DNA of 63,397 nt, counting the filler, from Coriobacteriales bacterium (GTDB lineage: Bacteria > Actinomycetota > Coriobacteriia > Coriobacteriales > UBA8131), in the NCBI GenBank assembly GCA_031263105.1. It is 7 parts of 7 records of this genome, joined end to end, with 100 filler letters (N's around TTAATTAATTAA, not from the genome) between each part and the next. Parts side by side here need not be neighbours in the genome. Positions count along the whole stretch, not along the records: positions 1 to 13,496 come from JAISGJ010000208.1; positions 13,597 to 29,615 come from JAISGJ010000018.1; 5 more parts are not named here. One strand, written 5' to 3'. This document shows positions 10,105 through 19,642 of the stretch, in pieces (position 1 is the stretch's first letter; each line of letters begins with the position of its first letter). The position numbers and the translations under genes are program-made. The notes below the pieces were generated by a model that was given only the letters and a program-made list of their open reading frames with translations, did not search any database and had not been told where the DNA came from.

Positions 10105-11118
10105 TCAGTCCAGCATCCAGCCGGGTGAGGGGCCTTCGAGGACCTCCCAGCCGGCCTCCTTGAAGACCCGGGTCGCGGTGGCGAGGCTCTGGCCGCGCCC
10201 GCCCTTCTCCGTGCGCTCGAGCGTGTCGCGGGGGTTGGTGCCCACCTCGGCCCAGGCCAGGTTGGCGCCGGCGTGTGCGGTGAGCAGGGAGTGCCCCGAG
10301 CAGTTCAGGCGCGGCTCCAGGCCCGTGGCCAAGCGGTAGACGGCGACGAACAGCGAGCCCGTGAACTCCGTTATCATCCCCTTGTCGAAGAGCGCCGTGC
10401 CGGGGATTCCGATGCGCCGGCCCAGGCCGGCGGACTTTGCGTCCATGTCGATGCAGAGCCGGGTCTTCTCCGTCAGCTCCTCGGAGCTGTGCTCCGGACC
10501 CACGGGCTCCACGCAGGTGGAGATGGAAAGCCCCGCCTCCTGCACGTTCTTGATGGTCTGCAGGCGGGTCTCGACGGGGATGGTGGTGAGGACGCCCTCG
10601 CCCATGCGCACCGCATGGTAGACGCCGTTGATGCCGACGGCCTTGAGCTGCTTCGCCTGCTCAAGGGTCATGTCGCCGGTGTTGGCGAGCAGGGGCATGT
10701 CCGTGCCGATCGCCCCGCGCACCGCCGTGCTCATCTCCAGGAGCTTCTCGAAGGAGTAGGTGGCGGTCGTCAGCATCAGGATGGCGTTGGCGCCGTCCTC
10801 CTCGTAGATCTTCGCGTACTCGACCACGTCTTCAAGGGGCATCTCGAGCTTGCCCTTGCGCACGCCGTTGCAGACGGCGAAGGAGCAGAACTGGCAGTTC
10901 TTGGGGCAGGGCGTGCCGTTGAGGCCGATCTGCGCGTGCACCTCGGCCTTGCCGTTCGCGGAGCGGTTCGTGAGCTCGCGCCCGGCCCAGCGGATGTGGA
11001 AGGCCTCCTTCGATGCGGGGTCTGTCTCGTAGAGCCTCTTGACGTCGGCATCCACCAGCCCCTTGCCCTCCATAGCGCGTTCGACGATCTCGTAAATCTC
11101 GGTTTGCTTCGAGTCCAT
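10105..11118 (-). CDS. Radical SAM enzyme, BioB-like family, function uncertain
   Basis: CPKNCQFC motif; lacks BioB YNHNLD signature. Confidence 0.75.
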   Translation of the reverse strand: MDSKQTEIYEIVERAMEGKGLVDADVKRLYETDPASKEAFHIRWAGRELTNRSANGKAEVHAQIGLNGTPCPKNCQFCSFAVCNGVRKGKLEMPLEDVVEYAKIYEEDGANAILMLTTATYSFEKLLEMSTAVRGAIGTDMPLLANTGDMTLEQAKQLKAVGINGVYHAVRMGEGVLTTIPVETRLQTIKNVQEAGLSISTCVEPVGPEHSSEELTEKTRLCIDMDAKSAGLGRRIGIPGTALFDKGMITEFTGSLFVAVYRLATGLEPRLNCSGHSLLTAHAGANLAWAEVGTNPRDTLERTEKGGRGQSLATATRVFKEAGWEVLEGPSPGWMLD

Positions 11119-11266
11119 GTCCGCTCTCCATTCGGATAGTTCCCAGCATAGGTTCCAGCATACGAACAGTTCTATTAGATTGTGTCTACTACTAGCAAGT
11201 GTATGGTATTTGGAAGGACATGGCAATCCCTCGCGTCTCGGGTCAGCGCCGTTTTCCTGCCTCAGA

Positions 11267-11275
11267 TGCTATAAT
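11267..11275 (+). promoter_or_regulatory. Extended -10 promoter, probably leaderless transcript
   Basis: TGcTATAAT ending 6 nt before ATG 11282; no SD. Confidence 0.65.
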
Positions 11276-11281
11276 ACCGCC

Positions 11282-11542
11282 ATGGAGAAGCCGCAGGACG
11301 ACACCAGCATCGTTATCAGCCGATCTGCTTTGAAGCACGGCTATTCCGAGAACGATGTACAGGCTGTGTTCGATACCTATGTTTTCAACAGTCCTTTGGA
11401 GGGGCGAAATGGTGTTGAAGTAATGCTTGGCTTCTCGGCACGCGGTGAGCTTCTTGAGTTGTTCTATGAGGTAAAGAACCGGCAGATCGTAGTCTTTCAT
11501 CTGATGAAGTGCCGAAAACTATATGTGCAGATGTTAAGGTGA
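11282..11542 (+). CDS. Putative BrnT/DUF4258-like (RelE-fold) toxin
   Basis: 86 aa, SALKHG..D and ELLELFY..VVFHLMKCR pattern; lower GC; toxin-first pair. Confidence 0.55.
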   Translation: MEKPQDDTSIVISRSALKHGYSENDVQAVFDTYVFNSPLEGRNGVEVMLGFSARGELLELFYEVKNRQIVVFHLMKCRKLYVQMLR

Positions 11543-11543
11543 G

Positions 11544-11777
11544 GTGAGGTTTGTGGTTATCGATGAGAAATACTACGATAAGCTCGACGAGGAGTTGACG
11601 CGCGTTGACCCAGTCATTGATAGAGACACTCAAGGGTATTTCGACAAGCAGCATGCGTCGATTGTCATGTTGCGGCGCGAGGATACGATTATTGCCAGGG
11701 AGCTTGCAAAAAAGGCGAACCTTTCAGTCAGCGATTACCTTTCTCAGACTCTGAAGATGCGATTGGCTGCGGGCTGA
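11544..11777 (+). CDS. Putative antitoxin with C-terminal ribbon-helix-helix-like segment
   Basis: 77 aa, adjacent to the toxin; ARELAKKANLSVSDYLSQTL. Confidence 0.5.
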   Translation: MRFVVIDEKYYDKLDEELTRVDPVIDRDTQGYFDKQHASIVMLRREDTIIARELAKKANLSVSDYLSQTLKMRLAAG

Positions 11778-11885
11778 CAGAGCTCACGGCAGCACATCGG
11801 CTTTAGGACACCCCCCCGATCCCCCCCCAGCCCGCCCCCGGCCCCCCCGCCAACCCCGGCCCCCCCCCCCCCCCCCGCCCCCCCC

Positions 11886-12016
11886 CTGTCATCCCGTGGC
11901 TCGCCGTGTAATCTTCCCCCGCGCACGCGGTCGACTGTGGCCAGAAGGCGCCTTGACTTGCGGTCGGCTGCTTCGCAGCCGAAGATTCCTCGGCTGCGCT
12001 CGGAATGACAGTGGGG
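11886..12016. repeat. Palindromic repeat family A with C-rich degenerate left flank
   Basis: ctgtcatcccg ... gattcctcggctgcgctcggaatgacagtgggg. Confidence 0.85.
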
Positions 12017-12051
12017 TTCTTCACTGTTCCTGTTTCAGCCAGTCCCATCTG

Positions 12052-13473
12052 TCACCTCAGCGCTGCTGCAAGCGCGGAAACGAATGCGTCTGCCTGCTCC
12101 CTCGTGTTCCCATGGCCGAGTGAGATGCGGAGCACTCCCTGGGCCTTGTTGCGCGGGATTCCCAGGGAGAGAAGCACGTGGCTCGGGTCGAGGGAGCCGG
12201 TCGAGCAGGCGGAGCCGCCGGAGAGGGCGAAGCCCGCGCGGTCGAGGCGCAGCAGAAGCGTCTCCGACTCGAAGCCTGCGACAAGGATGCTCAGCATTCC
12301 CGGGAGGTGCGCGGCGGCGGGTGTGCCGGGGGCGGCCCCGCCCCCGGCGGCCCCGTGTGCGGCCCCGCCCCCGGCGGCGGCGACCGCCGCAGCGACCCCT
12401 CGGTCGTTCGCGCCCCCGGCGGCCCCGACAGGGCCGCCCCCGGCCCCGCCCCCGGCGGCCCCGTCCTCATCCCTCTGTGTGCCCCCATCGAGGGGGACGG
12501 TGAGGCTGATGCGCTCGTCCAGCGCGAGCAGCGACGCGGCCAGGTGGTCGCGGAGCGCTGCAAGCCGCACCGACTCCTGGGCGTGCTCGGCCTCCGCGAG
12601 CTCGAGGGCGCGGGCGAAGCCGACCGCGCCTGCGACGTCCGGGGTGCCGCTGCGCCTGCCCCCCTCCTGTCCGCCGCCGAGCTGCATGCTTGCAAAGGGG
12701 GTCTGCCGCTTGAGGAAGAAGGCGCCGACCCCTGCAGGGCCGCCGATCTTGTGGGCGCTGAAGCTCGCGGCATCGACCCCGAGCGCCCCTACGTCGAGGG
12801 CGCATTTGCCGAGTGCCTGCACGGCATCGGTGTGCAGCAGCGTGCCGTTGCCGTGGGCAAGGCGGCCGAGCGAGGCGATGGGTTGCACGGTGCCGACCTC
12901 GTTCTGTGCGAGCATCACCGAGGCGAGCACGGTGTCCGGCCGCAGCGCGGCGGCGAGGGCCGTAGGGGTGACGAAGCCGTCGCGGGTCGGGCGGACAAGG
13001 GAGGTCTCGTAGCCCTCGCGCCTGAGCGCCTGCACCGGCTCCAGGACCGCATGGTGCTCGAACGCGCCGGCCACAAGGTGGTTGCCGCCCTTCTCTCGCC
13101 CCCTTCCCGTGCGGACGGCGCGGACGATCCCTGCAATGAGCGCGTTGTTCGCCTCGGTGCCGCCCGAGGTGAACACGACCTCGGTGGGGCTGGCACCGAT
13201 GTGGCGCGCCAAGGTCGCGCGTGCGTCCTCAAGCGCCTGGCGTGCCTGTTTTCCCTCTTGGTAGAGGGTGTCCGCATTGCCGAAGCGGTCCGTGAGCCAG
13301 GGGAGCATGGCATCGAGCGCCTCGGGGCGCAAAGGCGTGGTCGCGGCGTGGTCGAAGTAGGCCCGCGCAGGGGGAGACGTGTGGCAGGGGGGACGGCACG
13401 TTTTGTGACAGTGGGGACGGTACTGTTCTGTCACGGCCCGCGTGTGACAGTGGGGACGGCACCGTTCTGTCAC
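12052..13473 (-). CDS. iscS: Cysteine desulfurase IscS/NifS (5' end uncertain, runs into repeats and contig end)
   Basis: YFDHAATTP, FTSGGTE, HTDAVQ, SAHKIGGP, SGGSACS; Gly/Ala insertion at about 12310-12470. Confidence 0.9.
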   Translation of the reverse strand: MTERCRPHCHTRAVTEQYRPHCHKTCRPPCHTSPPARAYFDHAATTPLRPEALDAMLPWLTDRFGNADTLYQEGKQARQALEDARATLARHIGASPTEVVFTSGGTEANNALIAGIVRAVRTGRGREKGGNHLVAGAFEHHAVLEPVQALRREGYETSLVRPTRDGFVTPTALAAALRPDTVLASVMLAQNEVGTVQPIASLGRLAHGNGTLLHTDAVQALGKCALDVGALGVDAASFSAHKIGGPAGVGAFFLKRQTPFASMQLGGGQEGGRRSGTPDVAGAVGFARALELAEAEHAQESVRLAALRDHLAASLLALDERISLTVPLDGGTQRDEDGAAGGGAGGGPVGAAGGANDRGVAAAVAAAGGGAAHGAAGGGAAPGTPAAAHLPGMLSILVAGFESETLLLRLDRAGFALSGGSACSTGSLDPSHVLLSLGIPRNKAQGVLRISLGHGNTREQADAFVSALAAALR

Positions 13474-13496
13474 GGCCCGCGTGTGACAGTGGGGAC
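13381..13496. repeat. Repeat family B: GTGACA..GGGGACGG..TGTCAC palindrome, 39-nt tandem units
   Basis: Units begin at 13405, 13444, 13483; related copies at 29824-29878 and 34943-34982. Confidence 0.85.
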
Positions 13497-13596
13497 NNNN
13501 NNNNNNNNNNNNNNNNNNNNNNNNNNNNNNNNNNNNNNNNTTAATTAATTAANNNNNNNNNNNNNNNNNNNNNNNNNNNNNNNNNNNNNNNNNNNN
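13497..13596. other. Artificial contig linker
   Basis: N run, TTAATTAATTAA, N run; same at 29616-29715, 35133-35232, 39812-39911, 44975-45074, 52639-52738. Confidence 0.98.
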
Positions 13597-13727
13597 GCTT
13601 GTGCGGTCGAGGATCCCTCGGCAGGCTCGGGATGACAGTGGGGGTCGGGATGACAGTGGGGGTCGGGATGACAGTGGGGGTCGGGATGACAGTGGGGGTC
13701 GGGATGACAGTGGGGTGTGAACAGTAA
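13597..13727. repeat. Family A right arm with tandem 18-nt units
   Basis: (ggatgacagtgggggtcg)n then gtgtgaacagtaac. Confidence 0.9.
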
Positions 13728-13861
13728 CCCCACTTGCTCCGCCCTGGTCGCTTTGGGCAAACTCTCTATTCCCAGCATCGTGCGGGTCTGCTATGATGGC
13801 AAAAGACATGCAGCGCCGGGGTATTGCAGTGGGCAGGCAACCAAAAAGTAAGGGAGCGGAC

Positions 13862-14158
13862 ATGAGGCGTAAACAACACTCAACCAACGAAGACGCCATG
13901 AGACAAAAGACGCGACACAAGAAGAAGAACCCAAGCCTGTGGACAGGGGCGGTGTCGTTTGCCCTGGTGGGCCTCCTCGCCATCACGACCTTCGGAGGCT
14001 GGGGCGCCCTCCTGTCTTCTGAGAGTGGCGAGGCCCTGGCCCAGGAGGCCGCCCCGGCAGAGGACGAGACCGCAGCTTCACCAGAGCAGGCATCCCTTGC
14101 AGGAGAGACTCCCACCCTGCCCGAGATAACGCTGGGGGGGGGGGGGGGGGGCTTCTGA
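13862..14158 (+). CDS. N-terminal signal-peptide part of frameshifted surface protein
   Basis: RBS AAGGGAG, basic N-region, hydrophobic core, ALA-QE site; stops just after the G tract. Confidence 0.7.
   Translation: MRRKQHSTNEDAMRQKTRHKKKNPSLWTGAVSFALVGLLAITTFGGWGALLSSESGEALAQEAAPAEDETAASPEQASLAGETPTLPEITLGGGGGGF
14134..14151 (+). repeat. Poly-G tract (G18) at the frameshift
   Basis: Direct count of 18 G. Confidence 0.9.
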
Positions 14159-17100
14159 GCCTTCTTTGCCCGACCAAGACCCGCCAGACATTCCCGTCGA
14201 GCTAGACGCTCCCACTCCCACACTTACAACCCCTGAACCTCCCGCAGAAGAACCCACCTCTCCTCTCCAAGCTCTCTCAGACGAACCCACCTCCCTTTCC
14301 TCAGAACCCCCCGAAGAAGAACTCGAACCTTTCTCTGAGCCCATAACCTTTGAGCCTTTGGCTACTGGCGACTTTGCCGTATCAGGTGGGAGTGAAGGCC
14401 CCGACTACAGCTACGCGGCAAACATCCTTACCATCTTGAGTAACACCGCCTTAACCATATCCGGCACCACCTCATCAGACAGGATATTTATAAACCCTGG
14501 CGTGACCGCCAACATAATACTCAGCAATGTCTCCATAGACGTATCTTCCACAGCCAACGCCGCAGCACTTGAGGTGGGAAGTGGTGCTTCCCTTTATCTC
14601 ACACTCGAAGGTGCGAATATCTTAAAGAGCGGCAACAGCCGTGCAGGTCTTCAACTCGACGCGAGCGCAAACCTCACCATCACAGAAGGCAGCGACGGGG
14701 CAAGCCTTACGGCTAACGCTGGCAACCAGCTCTACAGCGGTGCCGGTATTGGTGGCGGCAACGCCACCGGGGCTGCGGGTAACATCACCATCGCAGGAGG
14801 TAACATCACGGCCACCGGCGGCGGCGGCGGCGGTATCGGCAGTGGAACCAACGGCGCTTCTGTGGACAACATCACTATCTCCGGTGGCACCATTACCAAG
14901 GCCACTACCAGCGTTTCCGGTGCCGGTATCGGTGGCGGCTTCACCAACAGTCCCGTCACAGGTGACATCACCATTAGCGGCGGCCTCATCATCGAGGCAA
15001 CCGGTGCTTTCGGTGCCGGTATCGGCGGTGGCCAGGGTTACAGCGGCGTTACCGGTTCCATCACCATCTCTGGCGGCACCATCACCAAGGCTGCCGCCGA
15101 CACTAACGCCGGTGCCGCTGGTATCGGTGGCGGCCAAGGCATATGTCCCGTCGGCTCCATCTCCATTACCGACGGCACCATCACCGAGGCCATCGGTGGC
15201 TCCAACGGTGGTGCGGGTATCGGCGGGGGCCTCGCCGGTAGTGATGTTTTCGGCGCCATCACCATATCCGGCGGCACCATCACCAAGGCTGTCGGCGGCA
15301 ACAAGGGTGGTGCCGGTATCGGTGCTGGTCTCGGCTATGCCTGGGATGACACCACCAGCGCTGTGGACTCCATCACCATATCCGGCGGCACCATCACCGA
15401 GGCTGTCGGTGGCACCAGTGGTGGTGCCGGTATCGGCGGCAGCCTCTACAAAAGTGGCGTTACCAATGGCATCACTATCTCCGGCGGCACCATCACAGCT
15501 ACGCGCAGCAACTCGAACTCCCAAGACATCGGCAATGGTGATATTGCAAGTAATCCCAGTTACGCCACTTCCGTCATCATAGACGGCGGTACCGTATGGA
15601 CAACCAATGGAGCGGTGGCCTGGGGTAGCACACCTTCAATTGGTGCGACGAATTCAGTCGGAACATCCGTCTATGCCAACACACTCACCGTAGGCTCATC
15701 ACCGGTGGCAGACAAACTCATAACAGCAGGCATCATAGACGGCATTGACTGCTCTACCACTGCTAACGCAGCAGGTGGGGCCTATGGCATAAACGATGTC
15801 ACAACCAACACCTCAGGTAATGTCTGTTTCTGGCTTCCCGATAAAGCAAGTGGTGCAGTTGGTCTTGTGGCAGATGGGTCAGGTTATGAACTTGGCTATA
15901 CCCGCTCAGGAACTCCAGGTTCGCCTCAAATTCTTTTGGCAGCACCACAGTTTGTCTCTGCTACTCCTGTAGGGACTGATAAGGCTCTCAAAGGTTTTGT
16001 TGTACTAACCTTTAGTGGAGCTATGGATACTTCAAGTGCTACGGTAAAACTTCTACCCACCCCATCAGGTGCTCCCCTTACCTTAAGCTCCGGTATCTGG
16101 TCTTCGGGAGATACTGTCTACACCATCCCCTATGAAGGACTTGATGGTGAGACTGCCTACAAGATAGAAGTCTCAGGCTTTAGGACAGATGTATCGGGTC
16201 TTAGCCTTCCTTTGGATGATACAAACGAGTTCACCACAGCAAGGTATACGGCTTCCTCTCTTCCCACATCCGGAGACTTCGGCACCGTAGTGGCAGGCTA
16301 CAGTACGCCACCTTCAGCCCAGCAGTTCACCGTCACCAATACCGGTACGGTTGCCTTTACCGGTGTGAATGCCGCAATAGCAGGTGTCGATGATACGGCC
16401 TTTGAGGTTGTATCCCCGGGACTGTCCCCCACAACCATCGCCACCTCAGGAACTGCCACCGTAAGCGTACGGCCCGTCGCAGGCCTTCCTGCCCGCAATG
16501 CCCCCTACGCAGCAACCCTTGCACTTACCAACGCAGACGGCCTTGACTTTGAAGTCGACCTGAGCTTCACGGTTGCAAGCTACAGTGCATCATCTTATCC
16601 CACCGCCGGAAGTTTTGGACCCATAGCGGCAGGCTATGACACAGCGCCTGCTGCTCAGCAGTTCACCATCACCAATACCGGTATGGCAGACCTTACCAAT
16701 GTGCAAGCCTCCTTGGTAGGGACTAATGCCACCGAGTACTTCACCATTTCAACAGGCCTGTCTTCTACAACCATCGCCTATCAAGACACCGCCACCATAA
16801 GCGTACAGCCCAAAACTGGCCTTGCTGCAAGTAGCACTCCCTATGCGGCAACACTGCATCTAACAGGAAACAGCGGCTTTTCTTTGGATATCTCACTTAG
16901 CTTTAGGGTCATAAGCTACAGCGCCACCTCAACCCCTGAGGAGAAAGACTTCGGTTCTGTCAAAGCGGGCTATGCAGCGCCCACTCCTCAGACCTTTGTC
17001 ATAACCAATGACGGGGCAGAGACACTTACCAACCTTAGCGCCACCATAACCGGTAGCGATATAACAGCCTTCGAGATAACGGCCTTTCCTGCAGCCACTG

Positions 17101-18050
17101 TTGGTTCTGGCGGCACCACTGCCATAGAAGCGCGTCCTGTTACAGGCCTTAGCCCCAGCGACCGTGCCTATGGGGCTGCCTTGCACATAACAGGAGACAA
17201 CGGCCTTACCCTTGACATACCCGTAAGCTTTGTTGTTGCAACCTTCAAGATAGGGCCTTTGCCCACTGGTCATAACTTCGGCACCGAAGAGAGCGGCTAC
17301 AGCTCACCTACCCGAAACTTCACCGTAACCAATACCGGCTCAGGCGCCATCAATGACCTTGAGGTATTCTTGGAAGGACCAGATGCTTCAGCCTTTAATT
17401 TTACGGCAACCCTTGTTCCTTTGGGACTGCCCTCTTTGGACTTTGCTTCTTTAAGCCTTACTCCCTTGGCACTCTACGGTCTTTTGCCCACTCAGCACCT
17501 TGCGGTGGACGCCTATCCCATCTCGGGACTTGCTCCGAGGGACACTCCCTATACCGCCACTTTGCGCATCACCTCTTCTGAGGGCATTGACTCATCCGTT
17601 TCCTTGTCCTTTACCGTAAAAGCCGCAGAGGGCACAGGTACGGGCGGCAATGGTGGTAACGGCGGGGGAGGCAACGGTGGCTCTGGCAACGGTGGCTCTG
17701 GCAGCGGCGGAAGCGGCAGCGGCGGCTCCGGCAGCGGCGGAAGCGGCAGCGGCACTGGAGGCTCTGGGGGCAGCGGCGGCAGTGGCTCTGGTGGCACCGG
17801 CACAGGCACAGGCAGTGGCACTGGCTCGGGCTCGGACGCTGACGGCACCGGTGCAGGCTACGGCCTTCCAAGAACAGACGACTTCTCTTCTCTTGCCCTC
17901 CTCGTCGCTGCGGCAGTACTCGGTCTGTTCGGGGCTGCAACCCTGATGCTTACCCTTCGTCAGGGCAGAAAAATAAATGACGTGGCCTTACGAACAGATC
18001 ATCCAGAACGACCAGCGCCTGGATGCTCCCTCGATACGACTTTTCGGTAA
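14151..18050 (+). CDS. Large cell-wall-anchored surface protein, main part (out of frame with its signal peptide)
   Basis: ITISGGTI..GAGIGGG repeats, Ig-like modules (F-T-V/I-T-N-T-G x4), Gly/Ser linker, LPRTDD + TM + basic tail; lower GC. Confidence 0.8.
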   Translation, partial: ASEPSLPDQDPPDIPVELDAPTPTLTTPEPPAEEPTSPLQALSDEPTSLSSEPPEEELEPFSEPITFEPLATGDFAVSGGSEGPDYSYAANILTILSNTALTISGTTSSDRIFINPGVTANIILSNVSIDVSSTANAAALEVGSGASLYLTLEGANILKSGNSRAGLQLDASANLTITEGSDGASLTANAGNQLYSGAGIGGGNATGAAGNITIAGGNITATGGGGGGIGSGTNGASVDNITISGGTITKATTSVSGAGIGGGFTNSPVTGDITISGGLIIEATGAFGAGIGGGQGYSGVTGSITISGGTITKAAADTNAGAAGIGGGQGICPVGSISITDGTITEAIGGSNGGAGIGGGLAGSDVFGAITISGGTITKAVGGNKGGAGIGAGLGYAWDDTTSAVDSITISGGTITEAVGGTSGGAGIGGSLYKSGVTNGITISGGTITATRSNSNSQDIGNGDIASNPSYATSVIIDGGTVWTTNGAVAWGSTPSIGATNSVGTSVYANTLTVGSSPVADKLITAGIIDGIDCSTTANAAGGAYGINDVTTNTSGNVCFWLPDKASGAVGLVADGSGYELGYTRSGTPGSPQILLAAPQFVSATPVGTDKALKGFVVLTFSGAMDTSSATVKLLPTPSGAPLTLSSGIWSSGDTVYTIPYEGLDGETAYKIEVSGFRTDVSGLSLPLDDTNEFTTARYTASSLPTSGDFGTVVAGYSTPPSAQQFTVTNTGTVAFTGVNAAIAGVDDTAFEVVSPGLSPTTIATSGTATVSVRPVAGLPARNAPYAATLALTNADGLDFEVDLSFTVASYSASSYPTAGSFGPIAAGYDTAPAAQQFTITNTGMADLTNVQASLVGTNATEYFTISTGLSSTTIAYQDTATISVQPKTGLAASSTPYAATLHLTGNSGFSLDISLSFRVISYSATSTPEEKDFGSVKAGYAAPTPQTFVITNDGAETLTNLSATITGSDITAFEITAFPAATVGSGGTTAIEARPVTGLSPSDRAYGAALHITGDNGLTLDIPVSFVVATFKIGPLPTGHNFGTEESGYSSPTRNFTVTNTGSGAINDLEVFLEGPDASAFNFTATLVPLGLPSLDFASLSLTPLALYGLLPTQHLAVDAYPISGLAPRDTPYTATLRITSSEGIDSSVSLSFTVKAAEGTGTGGNGGNGGGGNGGSGNGGSGSGGSGSGGSGSGGSGSGTGGSGGSGGSGSGGTGTGTGSGTGSGSDADGTGAGYGLPRTDDFSSLALLVAAAVLGLFGAATLMLTLRQGRKINDVALRTDHPERPAPGCSLDTTFR

Positions 18051-18180
18051 GGCCTCTGGCACTTATCGTCACGGTATGGAGCGCCTTGTTGGTATGCGTT
18101 TCTTCGCGAAAGGTCTCGCGCGAATTACTGCCAGACATAAATTCAAAGCCCGCAATGACGCATTGGATGGGCAGGGGCTG

Positions 18181-18245
18181 TTTGTTCACCCCACTGTCAT
18201 TCCGGGCGCTTCGCCCGGAATGACAGTGGGGTGCGAGCGGTAACG
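18181..18245. repeat. Short (coreless) family A copy
   Basis: caccccactgtcattccgggc-gcttc-gcccggaatgacagtggggtg. Confidence 0.85.
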
Positions 18246-18550
18246 TGGGGAGTGAGCGGGGCCGGGGCCGGGGCCGGGGCGGCTGGGAAGTGCCGAGAAG
18301 CTGCGTTCGTCGTGTCAGCCATCGCCTTCTTCTAATCCGTCTGGCTTTGGGGCATGGAAAAGGCCGCGCGGAAACAACTCGTTCAGTGGTATCATTTGTA
18401 TTCGCTTGGTTTCAACAGCTACGGTATCGGCCTTTGGGAATCGGGCGACGCATACCATCGGACGACCAAAGGGCGGGGGGAGGGGTCGCCCCGTTGAGAC
18501 CATCCGACCCCAGACGTGTCACAGGCTATCGGACGTGAGAGGTTGGGCGA

Positions 18551-19630
18551 GTGCTCACATACATAACCGACTTCATAGTGGCAAAGATGGGCGTGAAGAC
18601 CACAGACAGCGACGAGGGCTACCTTCGTCTCATCCTCTATGTCGCAGCGGGGTATTCCGGCTTCGTCCACGTCCTGTTGCTGGCATTCTTTGTCATAGCC
18701 GCCATACCGGTCATGGCCGTTATCAACATCGCCAGTATCCTCGTCTACGTCGCATGCATCCTCTTCACCTACCATCGTCATTACACGGTGGCAGGCCTGC
18801 TGCTTTCGTTCGAGATCATCGTCTTCTCCATCGTCACCATGCTTTTGACAGGCTTTTACACCTATGTCATCTTTTACTTCGTCCTCGTCCTCATCCTCCA
18901 GATGATAATCCCCTACAGCCGTCCTTGGGTACGTGCTGCCATCAGTGCGCTCATCATCGCGCTCCTGCTCTTCCAGGTGCACTTCGAGGCCGGGTACCGG
19001 CCGCTCTACTCGCTGGGCGACTACCAGGTCGCCTTCTCGTCGCTCAACATCAGCGTCAGCCTCTTCGCCGTCGCTGCCGAGCTCTTTCTAAGCACCTATA
19101 TCAAAGGCATCATCGCCCACCTGAGTGCGCTTCGCGAAGCGGAACTGGAGAGCCTTGCCCATACGGACGCGCTGACGGGACTGTACAACCGACGCTATGC
19201 CGAGCGCTACTTCGAGAGGATCAAGAAGGAGGAGCCGCGCCGCGACTGGTGCGTCGCCATGCTCGACATCGACTTCTTCAAGAACATCAACGACGAGTAC
19301 GGCCACGCAATCGGGGACCTCGCGTTGGTCGAGCTCGCGCAGTTCCTCCGCAGAAGGCTGCGCGCATCCGACGTCATCTTCCGTTGGGGCGGCGAGGAGT
19401 TCCTCATACTGCTCTCGACGCGCAACCGTGACGTCGCGGCCATGGTCCTGGAGAAGGTCCGCGAAGGCGTTGCCGCGCTCAGGACGACGACAGACACCCT
19501 GTGCTTCAAGTTCACGGTGACGATCGGCGTCGCCCCCCTCGACCTCGACAGGATCGATGAATGTATCGCAACCTGTGACGCAAGGCTGTACCAGGGCAAA
19601 GAGGCCGGGCGCAACCGGGTCGTCTGCTAG
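18551..19630 (+). CDS. Membrane-bound diguanylate cyclase
   Basis: About six TMs, DALTGLYNRR, DIDFFKNINDEYGH, RASD I-site, GGEEF. Confidence 0.92.
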   Translation: MLTYITDFIVAKMGVKTTDSDEGYLRLILYVAAGYSGFVHVLLLAFFVIAAIPVMAVINIASILVYVACILFTYHRHYTVAGLLLSFEIIVFSIVTMLLTGFYTYVIFYFVLVLILQMIIPYSRPWVRAAISALIIALLLFQVHFEAGYRPLYSLGDYQVAFSSLNISVSLFAVAAELFLSTYIKGIIAHLSALREAELESLAHTDALTGLYNRRYAERYFERIKKEEPRRDWCVAMLDIDFFKNINDEYGHAIGDLALVELAQFLRRRLRASDVIFRWGGEEFLILLSTRNRDVAAMVLEKVREGVAALRTTTDTLCFKFTVTIGVAPLDLDRIDECIATCDARLYQGKEAGRNRVVC

Positions 19631-19642
19631 GGAGACGCAAAC

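Noticed and set aside
11810..11887. Long C runs (G-quadruplex or phase-variable tract)
   Set aside because: Intergenic between convergent genes and abutting a family A copy; likely degenerate repeat units or poor base calls
13755..13850. c-di-GMP-I riboswitch upstream of the surface protein
   Set aside because: GGCAAAC is present but the GAAA tetraloop and GCAAAG elements are missing; TGcTATGAT reads better as an extended -10
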